64,000 nucleotides of DNA from an uncultured Muribaculaceae bacterium (GTDB lineage: Bacteria; Bacteroidota; Bacteroidia; Bacteroidales; UBA932): NCBI GenBank assembly GCA_964388595.1, contig CAYMAX010000002.1, positions 13,345 through 77,344 on the forward strand, given 5' to 3'. This document shows, in pieces, positions 28,867-38,550 of this stretch (positions are counted from its first letter, which is position 1; each line of letters begins with the position of its first letter). A model generated the notes under the pieces. That model was given only the letters and a program-made list of their open reading frames with translations. It was not told where the DNA came from and did no database searches. The position numbers and the translations under genes were made by a program.

Positions 28867-29451
28867 ATGTTTGACTATATCAAAGGTTCTGTCGCTGACA
28901 TCAATCCAGCTGAAATCATTGTAGAAACAGGTAGTATAGGATATCGTATCCTCATCTCTTTTCAATCATACGAGAAGCTCCGTGACGCCAAACAAGTCAA
29001 GTTATACCTCTATCACTTGCTTCGAGAAGATGAAGAGTCTCTTTATGGTTTTTTTGACAAAGAAGAGCGGAGGATTTTCACATTGTTGATTTCTGTGACA
29101 GGTATTGGCCCCAATACCGCCCGAATGATGTTATCGTCTTTGTCCACAGACGAGATAACAAGAGCTATTACCGAAGGCGATGTCAACAAGATAAAAAGTG
29201 TCAAAGGAATAGGATTGAAAACTGCCCAGAGAGCTATCATAGAACTTAAGGACAAAATCTCAAAAGGCGGTAGTGACATCGACCTTTCCTCATCATATTC
29301 CTCCAATCCGAACAAAAAGGAAGCCTCATCTGCCCTAATTCTTCTTGGTTTCAATAAAACAACTGTAGATAAGGCCCTAGACACTATTTTATCCAAAGAA
29401 CCTTCCTGCTCCTTAGAGGATATTATTAAGAAAGCACTTAAACTTCTTTAA
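28867..29451 (+). CDS. ruvA: Holliday junction branch migration complex subunit RuvA
   Basis: It reads MFDYIKGSVADINPAEIIVETGSIGYRILIS...GFFDKEERRIFTLLISVTGIGPNTA...VKGIGLKTAQR. The track ORF starts 7 codons earlier at 28846. Confidence 0.9.
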   Translation: MFDYIKGSVADINPAEIIVETGSIGYRILISFQSYEKLRDAKQVKLYLYHLLREDEESLYGFFDKEERRIFTLLISVTGIGPNTARMMLSSLSTDEITRAITEGDVNKIKSVKGIGLKTAQRAIIELKDKISKGGSDIDLSSSYSSNPNKKEASSALILLGFNKTTVDKALDTILSKEPSCSLEDIIKKALKLL

Positions 29452-29468
29452 TTTCTCCATTTTTTTAA

Positions 29469-29476
29469 TACCTTTG
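29469..29476 (+). promoter_or_regulatory. -7 box TAccTTTG upstream of gcvH
   Basis: The sequence tacctttg lies 26 nt before the ATG at 29503. Confidence 0.5.
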
Positions 29477-29502
29477 CTGCTTACATTAAAAAAATTTTCA
29501 TT

Positions 29503-29877
29503 ATGAACACTCCTAATAATCTTAAGTACACAAAAGATCACGAATGGGTAAAAATTGAAGGTGACATTGCTATCGTAGGTATTACCGATTTTGCTCAAGA
29601 TCAACTCGGAGATATCGTATTTGTCGATATCCAGACTGAAGGCGAGAACCTTGCCAAAGAAGAAGTTTTTGGTGCCATTGAAGCTGTTAAGACAGTTGCA
29701 GACGCATTTATGCCTCTTTCAGGTACAGTTGCTGAAGTCAATACAGCTCTGGAAGGAGCTCCCGAATTGGTAAACAAAGATCCCTATGGTGAAGGTTGGA
29801 TGATTAAAATCAAAATGTCCAATCCGGCTGAAGTCGCTCAATTATTAGACGCAGAAGCATACAAAGCACTTTTGTAG
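29503..29877 (+). CDS. gcvH: Glycine cleavage system protein H
   Basis: It reads ...LKYTKDHEWVKIEG..., ...IEAVKTVADAFMPLSG... (lipoyl-Lys context) and ...DPYGEGWM. Confidence 0.95.
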   Translation: MNTPNNLKYTKDHEWVKIEGDIAIVGITDFAQDQLGDIVFVDIQTEGENLAKEEVFGAIEAVKTVADAFMPLSGTVAEVNTALEGAPELVNKDPYGEGWMIKIKMSNPAEVAQLLDAEAYKALL

Positions 29878-29912
29878 TCTATCGTGTCCGTCTCTTTTGC
29901 GAAAATTGTGTT

Positions 29913-30947
29913 ATGATACATAGTTTCGGAAGCGATAATCATTCTGGTGTCCATCCCTCTATTATGGATGCTATCGTCAAGGCAAATACTTGTTTCAGTA
30001 TAGCTTACGGAGAGGATGACTTCACACTCAACACGCTGAAAAGTATAGAACACTTATTTGGCGGTGATTGTAGCGCGCTTTTTGTCATTAATGGAACAGG
30101 GGCCAACATGTTGGCCCTTTCCAATTTGACACATAGCACAGAGTCTGTTATCTGCCCAGATACCGCTCATATCAATGTGGATGAATGTGGTGCTCCCGAG
30201 AAAATAATCGGTTGCAAATTAATTCCCGTTCCCAACATTGATGGGAAAGTAACAGTAGATGAAGTCTCCAAACATCTCATCGGTTATGGATTTCAGCACC
30301 ATTCGCAACCGCGGGTACTCGCCATTTCACAACCTACTGAACTCGGTACCCTCTACACTCCTTCCGAAATAAGTGCACTTGCAGAGTTGATGCATTCTCA
30401 CAATGGATACCTTTATGTCGATGGCTCTCGACTTTCCAACGCTGCAGCAGCACTGTCACTTCCATTCACCTCTTTTACAAAGGGTTGTGGGGTAGATGCA
30501 GTCTCCTTTGGTGGCACCAAAAACGGTATGTTGATGGGAGAAGCTGTAGTATTCTTCAACTCTATTGACTCATCCCGCGCCAAATATCTTCGCAAGCAGA
30601 TGACACAGCTCTATTCCAAAGGACGTTTCATCGCTGCACAATTTGAAGAATATTTGCGAAATGACCTCTATTTAAAAATGGCCGCTCATTCCAATCTGAT
30701 GGCACAATATCTCAAATCAGAGTTGGAAAAAATCCCCTCAGTCACCATTACCAGGCCTGTGGAGACCAATGCAGTATTTGCCACTATTCCACGACCTCTC
30801 TACGAGCAACTATCAAAGCAGCACACTTTTTATATTTGGGATGAAAGCACTATGGAAGTTAGGTGGATGTGCTCCTTCAATACAGAAAAAAATCATATTG
30901 ACCAATTTATAAACGATATTAAAATCATAAACCAATCATTATGTTAG
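29913..30947 (+). CDS. Low-specificity L-threonine aldolase family (PLP) protein
   Basis: It reads ...FGSDNHSGVHPSIMDAI..., ...VNGTGANMLAL... and ...VSFGGTKNGMLMGEAV... (PLP Lys context). Confidence 0.75.
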   Translation: MIHSFGSDNHSGVHPSIMDAIVKANTCFSIAYGEDDFTLNTLKSIEHLFGGDCSALFVINGTGANMLALSNLTHSTESVICPDTAHINVDECGAPEKIIGCKLIPVPNIDGKVTVDEVSKHLIGYGFQHHSQPRVLAISQPTELGTLYTPSEISALAELMHSHNGYLYVDGSRLSNAAAALSLPFTSFTKGCGVDAVSFGGTKNGMLMGEAVVFFNSIDSSRAKYLRKQMTQLYSKGRFIAAQFEEYLRNDLYLKMAAHSNLMAQYLKSELEKIPSVTITRPVETNAVFATIPRPLYEQLSKQHTFYIWDESTMEVRWMCSFNTEKNHIDQFINDIKIINQSLC

Positions 30948-32722
30948 AACCGGTAAAAAGAACTTTTGACTTACTTGACAAACTTGAACAAAACTTTCCC
31001 GACAAACAGGATATCCTCAGCAGAAAACTGCATGGAGACTGGATAAAATACAGTGTCAAGCAGTATGTTGAATATTCTTATCTCATAGCATACGGCATGC
31101 TGTCAGAAGGTTATGGCAATGAAGACAAAGCTATCACCATCTGTTCCAATCGACCTGAATGGAACTTCTTGGACATGGGACTCAATCTTGCCAAGATGGT
31201 GCATGTTCCCGTTTACAGCACTCTGAGTAATGATGAATTTCTCCACATATTCAATCACAGTGACGCAAAACTAATCTTCGTAGGGAATGACTCCATTTAC
31301 AAAAAAGTGGCCCCTATCGTTACTCAGATGGATACACCTGCAAGAATAATTATGATGGATGACTCTGACGAAATAGAATGTCTGAGAGATATTTATCAGA
31401 AAGGCAGGGATAATAAAGAAAAATATAGTCCGGTAGTCGATAAAATCAAACAGGATACAAAACCTGATGACCTGGCTACTATTATCTATACATCAGGCAC
31501 CACTGGTGTTCCCAAAGGGGTAATGCTCTCACACTGGAATATGATGTTCGATGCCTATGGCCACGCTGTCAAACAAACCATCAATGCTACACAGAAGATG
31601 GTAAGTTTTCTCCCTTTGTGCCATATCTATGAGAGAAGTATGAACTATGAATATCAGTACATCGGTATCAGCATCTATTATGCAGAAAGCCTTGCTACCA
31701 TAGCCAGGGACCTCGCTGATTGCCATGCAGATGGCTTCTGTGGAGTGCCCAGAGTGCTCGAGATGATGTATTCCAAACTCGAAGCAGCAGGAAAGAATCT
31801 TACAGGCATTAAGAAGATTATTTATTCTTGGGCATGGAACTTCGGTAACAATTTTGACAACTACAATAAGAAAAAATTATACCTCTTCCAGCTCAACCTC
31901 GCAGACAAATTGGTTTACTCCAAATGGAGAGAAGCACTTGGTGGACACGAGATGGAAGTCGTATCGGGCGGTTCCTCGATTCAGGCCAAGATCGTGCGTC
32001 TTTTCAATGCTGCCAAACTCTATATTTTCGAAGGATATGGTATGACTGAGTCATCCCCTGTAATTGCAGTAAATAGCCCAGTACAAGGGTTCAACGTCAT
32101 AGGCACAGTGGGGAAACCAATGGAAGGCACGATTCTCAAATTTGCAGAAGACGGAGAAATCCTTACAAAAGGGCCTCATGTGATGCTTGGATACTATAAA
32201 GACCCTGAATATACCAAACAGGTTATAGATGAAGAAGGTTTTCTCCACACAGGTGACATCGGAAGGCTTGTTGATGGGGAGTATCTGCAAATCACAGACA
32301 GAAAGAAAGAAATTTTCAAACTATCTGCAGGTAAATATATCGCACCACAAGTGATTGAAAACCTCCTAAAGGAGTCAACATATATTGAAAATTGCATAGT
32401 AATAGGGGAAAACCAGAAATTTGCCTCAGCGATTATCGTTCCTGATATGGAAAGACTACATTTCTGGGCAGCAAAACATAGAGTAACATACACAGACAAT
32501 CAGGATTTAATATCCAATCCCAAAGTTATTGCCAAGATACACAGAGAGATAGAGGCCGTAAATGATACTCTTGCCCCTCACGAGCATATAAAACGAGAAA
32601 GGATAGTAGGTGATGAATGGAACACCGGCAATAACATGCTTTCCCAGACATTAAAACTCAAAAGAGCAAAAGTTCACGCCAAATATGCTGCTATCATCAA
32701 GGACATCTATAAATTAGATTAA
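30941..32722 (+). CDS. Long-chain fatty acid--CoA ligase (AMP-forming)
   Basis: It has the AMP-binding motif IIYTSGTTGVPKGVMLSH, then ...EGYGMTESSP..., ...HTGDIG... and ...LKLKR... near the C-terminus. It overlaps the upstream gene by 7 nt. Confidence 0.8.
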   Translation: MLEPVKRTFDLLDKLEQNFPDKQDILSRKLHGDWIKYSVKQYVEYSYLIAYGMLSEGYGNEDKAITICSNRPEWNFLDMGLNLAKMVHVPVYSTLSNDEFLHIFNHSDAKLIFVGNDSIYKKVAPIVTQMDTPARIIMMDDSDEIECLRDIYQKGRDNKEKYSPVVDKIKQDTKPDDLATIIYTSGTTGVPKGVMLSHWNMMFDAYGHAVKQTINATQKMVSFLPLCHIYERSMNYEYQYIGISIYYAESLATIARDLADCHADGFCGVPRVLEMMYSKLEAAGKNLTGIKKIIYSWAWNFGNNFDNYNKKKLYLFQLNLADKLVYSKWREALGGHEMEVVSGGSSIQAKIVRLFNAAKLYIFEGYGMTESSPVIAVNSPVQGFNVIGTVGKPMEGTILKFAEDGEILTKGPHVMLGYYKDPEYTKQVIDEEGFLHTGDIGRLVDGEYLQITDRKKEIFKLSAGKYIAPQVIENLLKESTYIENCIVIGENQKFASAIIVPDMERLHFWAAKHRVTYTDNQDLISNPKVIAKIHREIEAVNDTLAPHEHIKRERIVGDEWNTGNNMLSQTLKLKRAKVHAKYAAIIKDIYKLD

Positions 32723-32726
32723 ATCG

Positions 32727-33596
32727 ATGCAAATATTCGTTGCCACACAAAATGATGTAGAAGGGCTGTATAACATCTGGAGAACTTGCTTCACTAAAGA
32801 TTTAATCTTTCTGAACAAGTTCTTCAAGGAATGTTTCCCTCTTACGCGCACTTATGTGTATAAGGAAAAGGGGACTATAGTCTCTTCTATTACCCTTATG
32901 CCCACCACATACATAGCCCAAAACCCCTCAGATAATTTGAAAGGGGTTTATCTGTATGGAGTGTGCACCCTCCCCGATTTCCGAGGCAAACAATTATCAT
33001 CACATCTAATAGATTATGCAGAAGATGATTGTCGTGACAGAGGTTACAGTTTCATAATTACCCGTCCGGCCACCCCTTCTTTATTTGCACTATATCGCCG
33101 GCTGGGATTTTCTATACCACTATATCGCCATTTTGTAGAGTTGCCATTGCCTATTTTTGCTGAGAATGTTTCCTTTTCTGAAATACATGCCAAAAGGCTG
33201 AATGAATTGAGAAAAAAGTATCTTGAATACAATTATTATGCGTGGGACGAAAATCTCTTGGAATACATCATATCGTTTTATGGTTCCAGCAAGGGTTCTA
33301 TAGTTGAACTCGAAAGCGACAGATATTTGCTTGGTTATCCTGACGATGAGGACTCAGAACTATACAACATCGTCGAAATAGGCACATACAACCCATCATT
33401 CAGATTTCCGTCGTTTTATCTTGCAGGCAATCTAATAAAGGCCAGACATCTTGAAAGAACAAGGGCCAAAATCTATTTCCCCTCTTTCAAGCATTACTCC
33501 GACTTAGAGAACATTCAAAAGGAAGTATTCACACTTCTTCGCCCCATCAATAAGGAGAATGATTCTCAATCATTCTTCAACTTTTCTATGGAATAA
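32727..33596 (+). CDS. GNAT-family N-acyltransferase with ~150-aa C-terminal extension
   Basis: The acyl-CoA binding-like core is LYGVCTLPDFRGKQLSSHLIDYAE...GYSFIITRPA...LYRRLGF. It starts 4 nt after the ligase stop. Confidence 0.55.
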   Translation: MQIFVATQNDVEGLYNIWRTCFTKDLIFLNKFFKECFPLTRTYVYKEKGTIVSSITLMPTTYIAQNPSDNLKGVYLYGVCTLPDFRGKQLSSHLIDYAEDDCRDRGYSFIITRPATPSLFALYRRLGFSIPLYRHFVELPLPIFAENVSFSEIHAKRLNELRKKYLEYNYYAWDENLLEYIISFYGSSKGSIVELESDRYLLGYPDDEDSELYNIVEIGTYNPSFRFPSFYLAGNLIKARHLERTRAKIYFPSFKHYSDLENIQKEVFTLLRPINKENDSQSFFNFSME

Positions 33597-33628
33597 TCCA
33601 ATCTCCTCATTTTCAACATCTTAAGTGA

Positions 33629-33997
33629 TTAGGAAACTGTTTGGCCGAATGGTACAAACGACAAGCGCATAAGTTTGAAATGCTGTTTGGCAAAAGGGAT
33701 ACCTATAATGGTAATGGTGAATAATATCCCGAAAAGGAAATGAGTGAGGCAAATGGCGATGCCACCGGTAAATATCCAGATAATATTGAAAACTGTACTT
33801 AAACACCCAGGTTCATTATCTTTAAAAGCGACTTGCTGCCCAAAAGGGGCAAGAGAAAGGATTGCAATCTTAAATAATTGAATACCAAAAGGGATTCCAA
33901 CTATAGTAACGCAACAAACCAAGGCTGCAATAATATATTCAAAACATATTATCAGGCCACCGAAAAGAATCCAAATTATATTCCCAAGTAATTTCAT
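33629..33997 (-). CDS. YccF-family inner membrane protein
   Basis: The 122-aa protein has an internally duplicated pattern (NIIWILFGG...IVGIPFGIQLFK / NIIWIFTGG...IIGIPFAKQHFK) typical of YccF. Confidence 0.8.
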   Translation of the reverse strand: MKLLGNIIWILFGGLIICFEYIIAALVCCVTIVGIPFGIQLFKIAILSLAPFGQQVAFKDNEPGCLSTVFNIIWIFTGGIAICLTHFLFGILFTITIIGIPFAKQHFKLMRLSFVPFGQTVS

Positions 33998-34016
33998 AGT
34001 GTATTTATTATATTGT

Positions 34017-34034
34017 ATGTTCCACGAGGAACAT
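34017..34034 (-). other. 7-bp perfect hairpin (atgttcc-acga-ggaacat) abutting the mnmG stop codon
   Basis: I read the palindrome directly from the sequence. No T-run follows on the minus strand, so it is not a canonical intrinsic terminator. Confidence 0.4.
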
Positions 34035-36022
34035 TATCGTCCAAAGTAAATTAAAAGTACAGATATGTCAGCAGGAGAAACCCCTGGAATACGTGAGGCT
34101 TGGGCTATCGTAAGGGGTTTATGGAGTATAAGCTTTTGCCTGGATTCATAAGAAAGAGAAGAAACTTTATTATAATCAAACTTAGAAGGAATTCTAATAT
34201 TCTCTAAAGATTTGATTTTATCGACGAGTTTCTTTTCTCTGTCAATATAACCGGAATACTTAATTAAGATTTCTGATGAGTTGAGGACTTCATTGAAAAA
34301 GTCAGAAGAGGAAAAAGATGAATTAGAAGAATCAACTATTTTATAAGGTAGAGTATGAAAAATTAGAAGTGCGTCAGAAGAAGAAGTTTTGAAAGAATTA
34401 TTCCTGATTGAACGTTTGAAAGTATTTAAGGTTCCACGTGGAACAAAAGGAAGCAAATCTTTGATAGAAATCTGCGGTCTGGTAAGTAAAGAAGAAGCAG
34501 AATGAGAGTAAGAAATCTCAGAAATTCCACGAGAAGAAAGAAAAGGATTAATCTGTGAAGGAGTGATATTATTAGAACCTAAAATTGAAACAAATTTAGA
34601 AATACGGGACGATTTTCGTTTTAATAAATGAAGCCTGTATTCATCTGCAAGACCAATTTTATGAGAAATCTCAGATAGTCTGACATCAGCATTATCCTGC
34701 CTGAGCAAGATGCGAAATTCAGCACGCGAGGTGAACATTCTGTATGGTTCATCGACCCCCTTAGTGATAAGATCATCGATTAAAACACCTATATAAGAAG
34801 AGTCACGTGATAGAATAAGAGGCTTTGAATTATTGAGTTTTAGAAAAGCATTAATACCGGCTACCAATCCTTGGGCAGCAGCCTCTTCATAACCGGTAGT
34901 ACCATTGACTTGCCCCGCCAAAAAGAGACCGGGAATTACTTTAGATTCAAGAGAAGGATTAAGCATTAATGGGTCGAAATAATCATATTCCACAGCATGG
35001 GCCGGTCTGAATATTTTTACTTTCTCAAATCCATTGACTTGTGATAAAGCGGACAACTGTGTAGTCAATGGGAGAGATGAAGAGAAGCCTTGTAAATAAT
35101 ATTCTTTGGTAAACCAGCCTTCAGGTTCTAAAAATAACTGATGAGCATCTTTACCTGAAAAAGTGCGAATTTTATCTTCGATGCTTGGACAGTATCGCGG
35201 ACCCTTACCTTGTATCTTTCCATTAAAGAGAGGAGAAAGAGGAAATGCCTCTTTTAAAATGCTATGAACAGTCTTATTGGTGTGGCCAATATAACAAACC
35301 ATTTGTGGAGTACCGGACTGAAGAGGAGAATGATAGTCGAGGAAAGAAAATTTCTCTGGCTCAGAATCACCTTCCTGGATTTCGAGTTTTGTCAAGTCGA
35401 CAGAATTAATGTCAATTCGAGGAGGTGTTCCTGTTTTCATTCTATTGGTGGAGACTCCGAGTGACTTAAGCTGGTCAGATAAAAAATGAGATGATGACTC
35501 AGAGATGCGGCCACCCTCAAGAGAACAATCACCAATAAATATCTTACCATTAAGAAATGTACCGGCAGTAATTATAACCGATTTTGCCATAAATGTGGCG
35601 CCCATAGATGTAGTGACACCGGAAATATTCGATTCTGAGAGAGTTATTGCAACAACAGAATCTTGCCAAATATCTAAGTTACAGGTGTTTTCAAGGATAT
35701 AACGCCAATTCAAAGAGAAGAACATTCTGTCACACTGTGCGCGGGGACTCCATACTGCAGGACCTTTAGATTTATTTAGCATTCTGAACTGAATAGAAGA
35801 AGCATCAGTAACTATGCCCGTAAAGCCTCCAAGAGCATCTATCTCTCTAACTATCTGTCCTTTAGCAATACCACCAATGGAAGGATTACAAGACATTTGA
35901 GCTATCTTGTTCATATCCATCGTTATCAAAAGTACGGATGCGCCAAGTCTTGCAGAAGCAACTGAGGCCTCACACCCGGCATGACCTGCCCCGACAACGA
36001 TAATGTCGTAATCAGTTTTCAT
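34034..36022 (-). CDS. mnmG: tRNA uridine 5-carboxymethylaminomethyl modification enzyme MnmG (GidA)
   Basis: It reads YDIIVVGAGHAGCEAS...MSCNPSIGGIAKG...GPRYCPSIEDK...AGQVNGTTGYEEAAAQGL...IPGVSPADISVLL. At 662 aa it contains an extra Ser-rich segment. Confidence 0.95.
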   Translation of the reverse strand: MKTDYDIIVVGAGHAGCEASVASARLGASVLLITMDMNKIAQMSCNPSIGGIAKGQIVREIDALGGFTGIVTDASSIQFRMLNKSKGPAVWSPRAQCDRMFFSLNWRYILENTCNLDIWQDSVVAITLSESNISGVTTSMGATFMAKSVIITAGTFLNGKIFIGDCSLEGGRISESSSHFLSDQLKSLGVSTNRMKTGTPPRIDINSVDLTKLEIQEGDSEPEKFSFLDYHSPLQSGTPQMVCYIGHTNKTVHSILKEAFPLSPLFNGKIQGKGPRYCPSIEDKIRTFSGKDAHQLFLEPEGWFTKEYYLQGFSSSLPLTTQLSALSQVNGFEKVKIFRPAHAVEYDYFDPLMLNPSLESKVIPGLFLAGQVNGTTGYEEAAAQGLVAGINAFLKLNNSKPLILSRDSSYIGVLIDDLITKGVDEPYRMFTSRAEFRILLRQDNADVRLSEISHKIGLADEYRLHLLKRKSSRISKFVSILGSNNITPSQINPFLSSRGISEISYSHSASSLLTRPQISIKDLLPFVPRGTLNTFKRSIRNNSFKTSSSDALLIFHTLPYKIVDSSNSSFSSSDFFNEVLNSSEILIKYSGYIDREKKLVDKIKSLENIRIPSKFDYNKVSSLSYESRQKLILHKPLTIAQASRIPGVSPADISVLLIYFGR

Positions 36023-36458
36023 TTAACAGTAACAGAGATTTATCTTCCTGTGAAGACATAATAGTCTTTTCAGAAGCTGAATGGTCATTAAATCCGAGTA
36101 AATGAAGAACTCCGTGTATCATGACGCGATGAAGCTCATTCTCAAATGAGACCTTAAAATGAGAAGCATTAGAAGTAACAGAATCTATACTTATAAAAAT
36201 ATCACCGGATATGGCATTACGACGAGAAAGAAGAGAATGTTCATCATAGTGAGAGGTATCAAAAGTGATAACATCGGTATAATAATCATGAGAGAGATAT
36301 TGAACATTTATATCTTTGAGAGCGGAATCATCAGTGAATATAAAATTAATAGCACCGACATTATGCTGATATGAAGTGATGACATCTTTAATCCACTTCC
36401 GGAGAAGAGTCTTGGATTTGAGAGTAAAAAGGACATTCCTGTTGAAAAAACAAATCAT
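36012..36458 (-). CDS. ybeY: rRNA maturation RNase YbeY
   Basis: It has ...HRVMIHGVLHLLGFNDH..., the metal-binding H-x-x-x-H-x-x-x-x-x-H motif. I chose the internal Met at 36458; the track ORF begins at 36494. Confidence 0.9.
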   Translation of the reverse strand: MICFFNRNVLFTLKSKTLLRKWIKDVITSYQHNVGAINFIFTDDSALKDINVQYLSHDYYTDVITFDTSHYDEHSLLSRRNAISGDIFISIDSVTSNASHFKVSFENELHRVMIHGVLHLLGFNDHSASEKTIMSSQEDKSLLLLNEN

Positions 36459-36625
36459 ATTTTTGGTTTGAAATTTGTAGCAATTCAGTAACAACGTACA
36501 AAGTTAAACATTATTAAGGAACCTGATTAAATAGAGCTTTGTGCAAACTCGTAAAAAGTTATTAACAATTTGTTTTACAAATTAAGAAATAATATCTACT
36601 TTTACCTCGCAAAAATTGAAACAAC

Positions 36626-37324
36626 ATGAGTCTTGAAGTTAAAAAATCAGAAAAGGCCAATCTTGAGGGTAACAGACTAATATTCCTTGAAGTTGGTTTG
36701 ATGTTCTCATTACTTGTGGTTCTAATGGCCTTTGAATGGAAGTCTTATGACAAGAAGACAGCCGTTTTGGGTCAGGAAACTGCAGTAGAAATCGAGGTTG
36801 AAAACATCCCGATTACAACAGAAACTCCTCCACCTCCTCCAGAAGCACCAAAGATACCTATACTGTCAGACCAGATAGATATTGTCGATGATGATATAAA
36901 GGTAGATGACAATTTGTTTATCAGTTTGGAAGATACCAAGGATATGGGTGTCGAGATTATGGATTACGTGACAGAAGTCTATGAAGAGACTATCGAAGAA
37001 GCTCCCATACCTGTTGCCATAGTAGAAGAGAAACCCAAATTTATGGGTGGTGACGCCAATCAGTTCAATGTATGGATTCATGACCATCTTGAATACCCTG
37101 AGATAGCCAGAGAAAATGGAGTATCAGGAAGAGTTACCTTACAATTCACTATTGAGGCAGACGGAAGACTTACAAATGTCAAAGTATTAAGAGGTGTCGA
37201 TTCATCCCTTGATAAAGAAGCAGTCAGAGTAGTATCTTCTTCACCCAAGTGGACACCCGGAAGACAAAGAGATAGGGCAGTGAGAGTAACATACAACTTC
37301 CCCGTAGTATTCCAATTGAGATAA
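36626..37324 (+). CDS. TonB-family energy transducer
   Basis: It has an N-terminal TM anchor, the Pro-rich linker ETPPPPPEAPKIP, and a C-terminal TonB domain (...GVSGRVTLQFTIEADGRLTNVKVLRG...SSPKWTPG...). Confidence 0.85.
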   Translation: MSLEVKKSEKANLEGNRLIFLEVGLMFSLLVVLMAFEWKSYDKKTAVLGQETAVEIEVENIPITTETPPPPPEAPKIPILSDQIDIVDDDIKVDDNLFISLEDTKDMGVEIMDYVTEVYEETIEEAPIPVAIVEEKPKFMGGDANQFNVWIHDHLEYPEIARENGVSGRVTLQFTIEADGRLTNVKVLRGVDSSLDKEAVRVVSSSPKWTPGRQRDRAVRVTYNFPVVFQLR

Positions 37325-37341
37325 TTTGATAACAGAAATAT

Positions 37342-38550
37342 ATGAAGGAGGCTGCCCAACAGGTGGCCTCTTTTGGTAAGAATAAAATGGAGAAGACGAT
37401 AATAGTGGCTGTGATCCCACAGGGGATAGATGACAGGACAGCCAAAGAATATCTTGATGAACTTGATTTTCTGGCACTTACTGCAGGAATAGAAAGTATA
37501 AAAAGGTTCACACAGCGACTGGATAAAGGCAATTCCAAAACTTATGTAGGTACAGGAAAGTTAGATGAGATTAAGCAGTATGTTAAGGAAAACGAGTTGC
37601 GAATCGTTCTTTTCGATGACGAATTGACTCCGTCACAATTAAGGAACCTTGAGAGAGAGTTAGAATGCAGAATACTTGACAGGACAAGTCTGATACTTGA
37701 TATTTTCGCTCAAAGGGCCAAAACAGCATATGCAAAAACTCAAGTAGAATTAGCTCAATATCAATATCTGCTTCCCCGACTTACACGAATGTGGACTCAC
37801 TTGGAAAGGCAGAGGGGCGGCATAGGAATGAGGGGGCCGGGAGAGAGCCAGATAGAAACAGACCGAAGAATTATCCTCGATAAAATAAGCAAACTGAAAG
37901 AACAACTCAAAAAAATCGACCGTCAGATGATGTCACAGAGAGGAAATAGGGGGTCGATGGTGAGGATTGCCTTAGTAGGATATACAAATGCAGGTAAAAG
38001 CACACTGATGAATCTCCTCTCCAAGAGTGATGTTTTTGCAGAAAACAAATTGTTCGCCACTCTCGATACGACAGTCAGAAAGGTTGTTATAGAAAATGTC
38101 CCGTTCCTTCTTTCTGACACAGTGGGATTTATCAGGAAACTGCCCACAGAATTGATAGAATCATTTAAAAGTACCCTAGATGAAGTGAGAGAAGCGGATG
38201 TTTTAATGCACATCGTAGATATTTCGCACCCCAACTTCGAAGAACAGATAAAAGTGGTCAATGAAACACTATCGGACATAGGGGCAAAAGATAAACCTAT
38301 ATATGTGGTATTCAATAAGATAGATGCCTATAAAAATGTCGAGCAAAACGAATATTCTTTCGAAGCCAAAAGCAAAGAAAACATCTCACTGAGCGAATTG
38401 AAACAATCGTGGATAGCTAAAGAAAATACCCCTTGCATCTTCATTTCTGCAAAAGAGAAAATAGAAATAGACAAATTACGTAATGACCTTTATAAAATAG
38501 TGGCTGAAATCCACTCCGGAAGATATCCCTTTAACAATTTTCTGTGGTAA
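37342..38550 (+). CDS. hflX: GTPase HflX
   Basis: It reads ...LILDIFAQRAKTAYAKTQVELAQYQYLLPRL...GPGESQIETDRR..., with G1 VGYTNAGKST, G3 LSDTVGF and G4 FNKID. An alternative start Met is at 37387. Confidence 0.9.
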   Translation: MKEAAQQVASFGKNKMEKTIIVAVIPQGIDDRTAKEYLDELDFLALTAGIESIKRFTQRLDKGNSKTYVGTGKLDEIKQYVKENELRIVLFDDELTPSQLRNLERELECRILDRTSLILDIFAQRAKTAYAKTQVELAQYQYLLPRLTRMWTHLERQRGGIGMRGPGESQIETDRRIILDKISKLKEQLKKIDRQMMSQRGNRGSMVRIALVGYTNAGKSTLMNLLSKSDVFAENKLFATLDTTVRKVVIENVPFLLSDTVGFIRKLPTELIESFKSTLDEVREADVLMHIVDISHPNFEEQIKVVNETLSDIGAKDKPIYVVFNKIDAYKNVEQNEYSFEAKSKENISLSELKQSWIAKENTPCIFISAKEKIEIDKLRNDLYKIVAEIHSGRYPFNNFLW

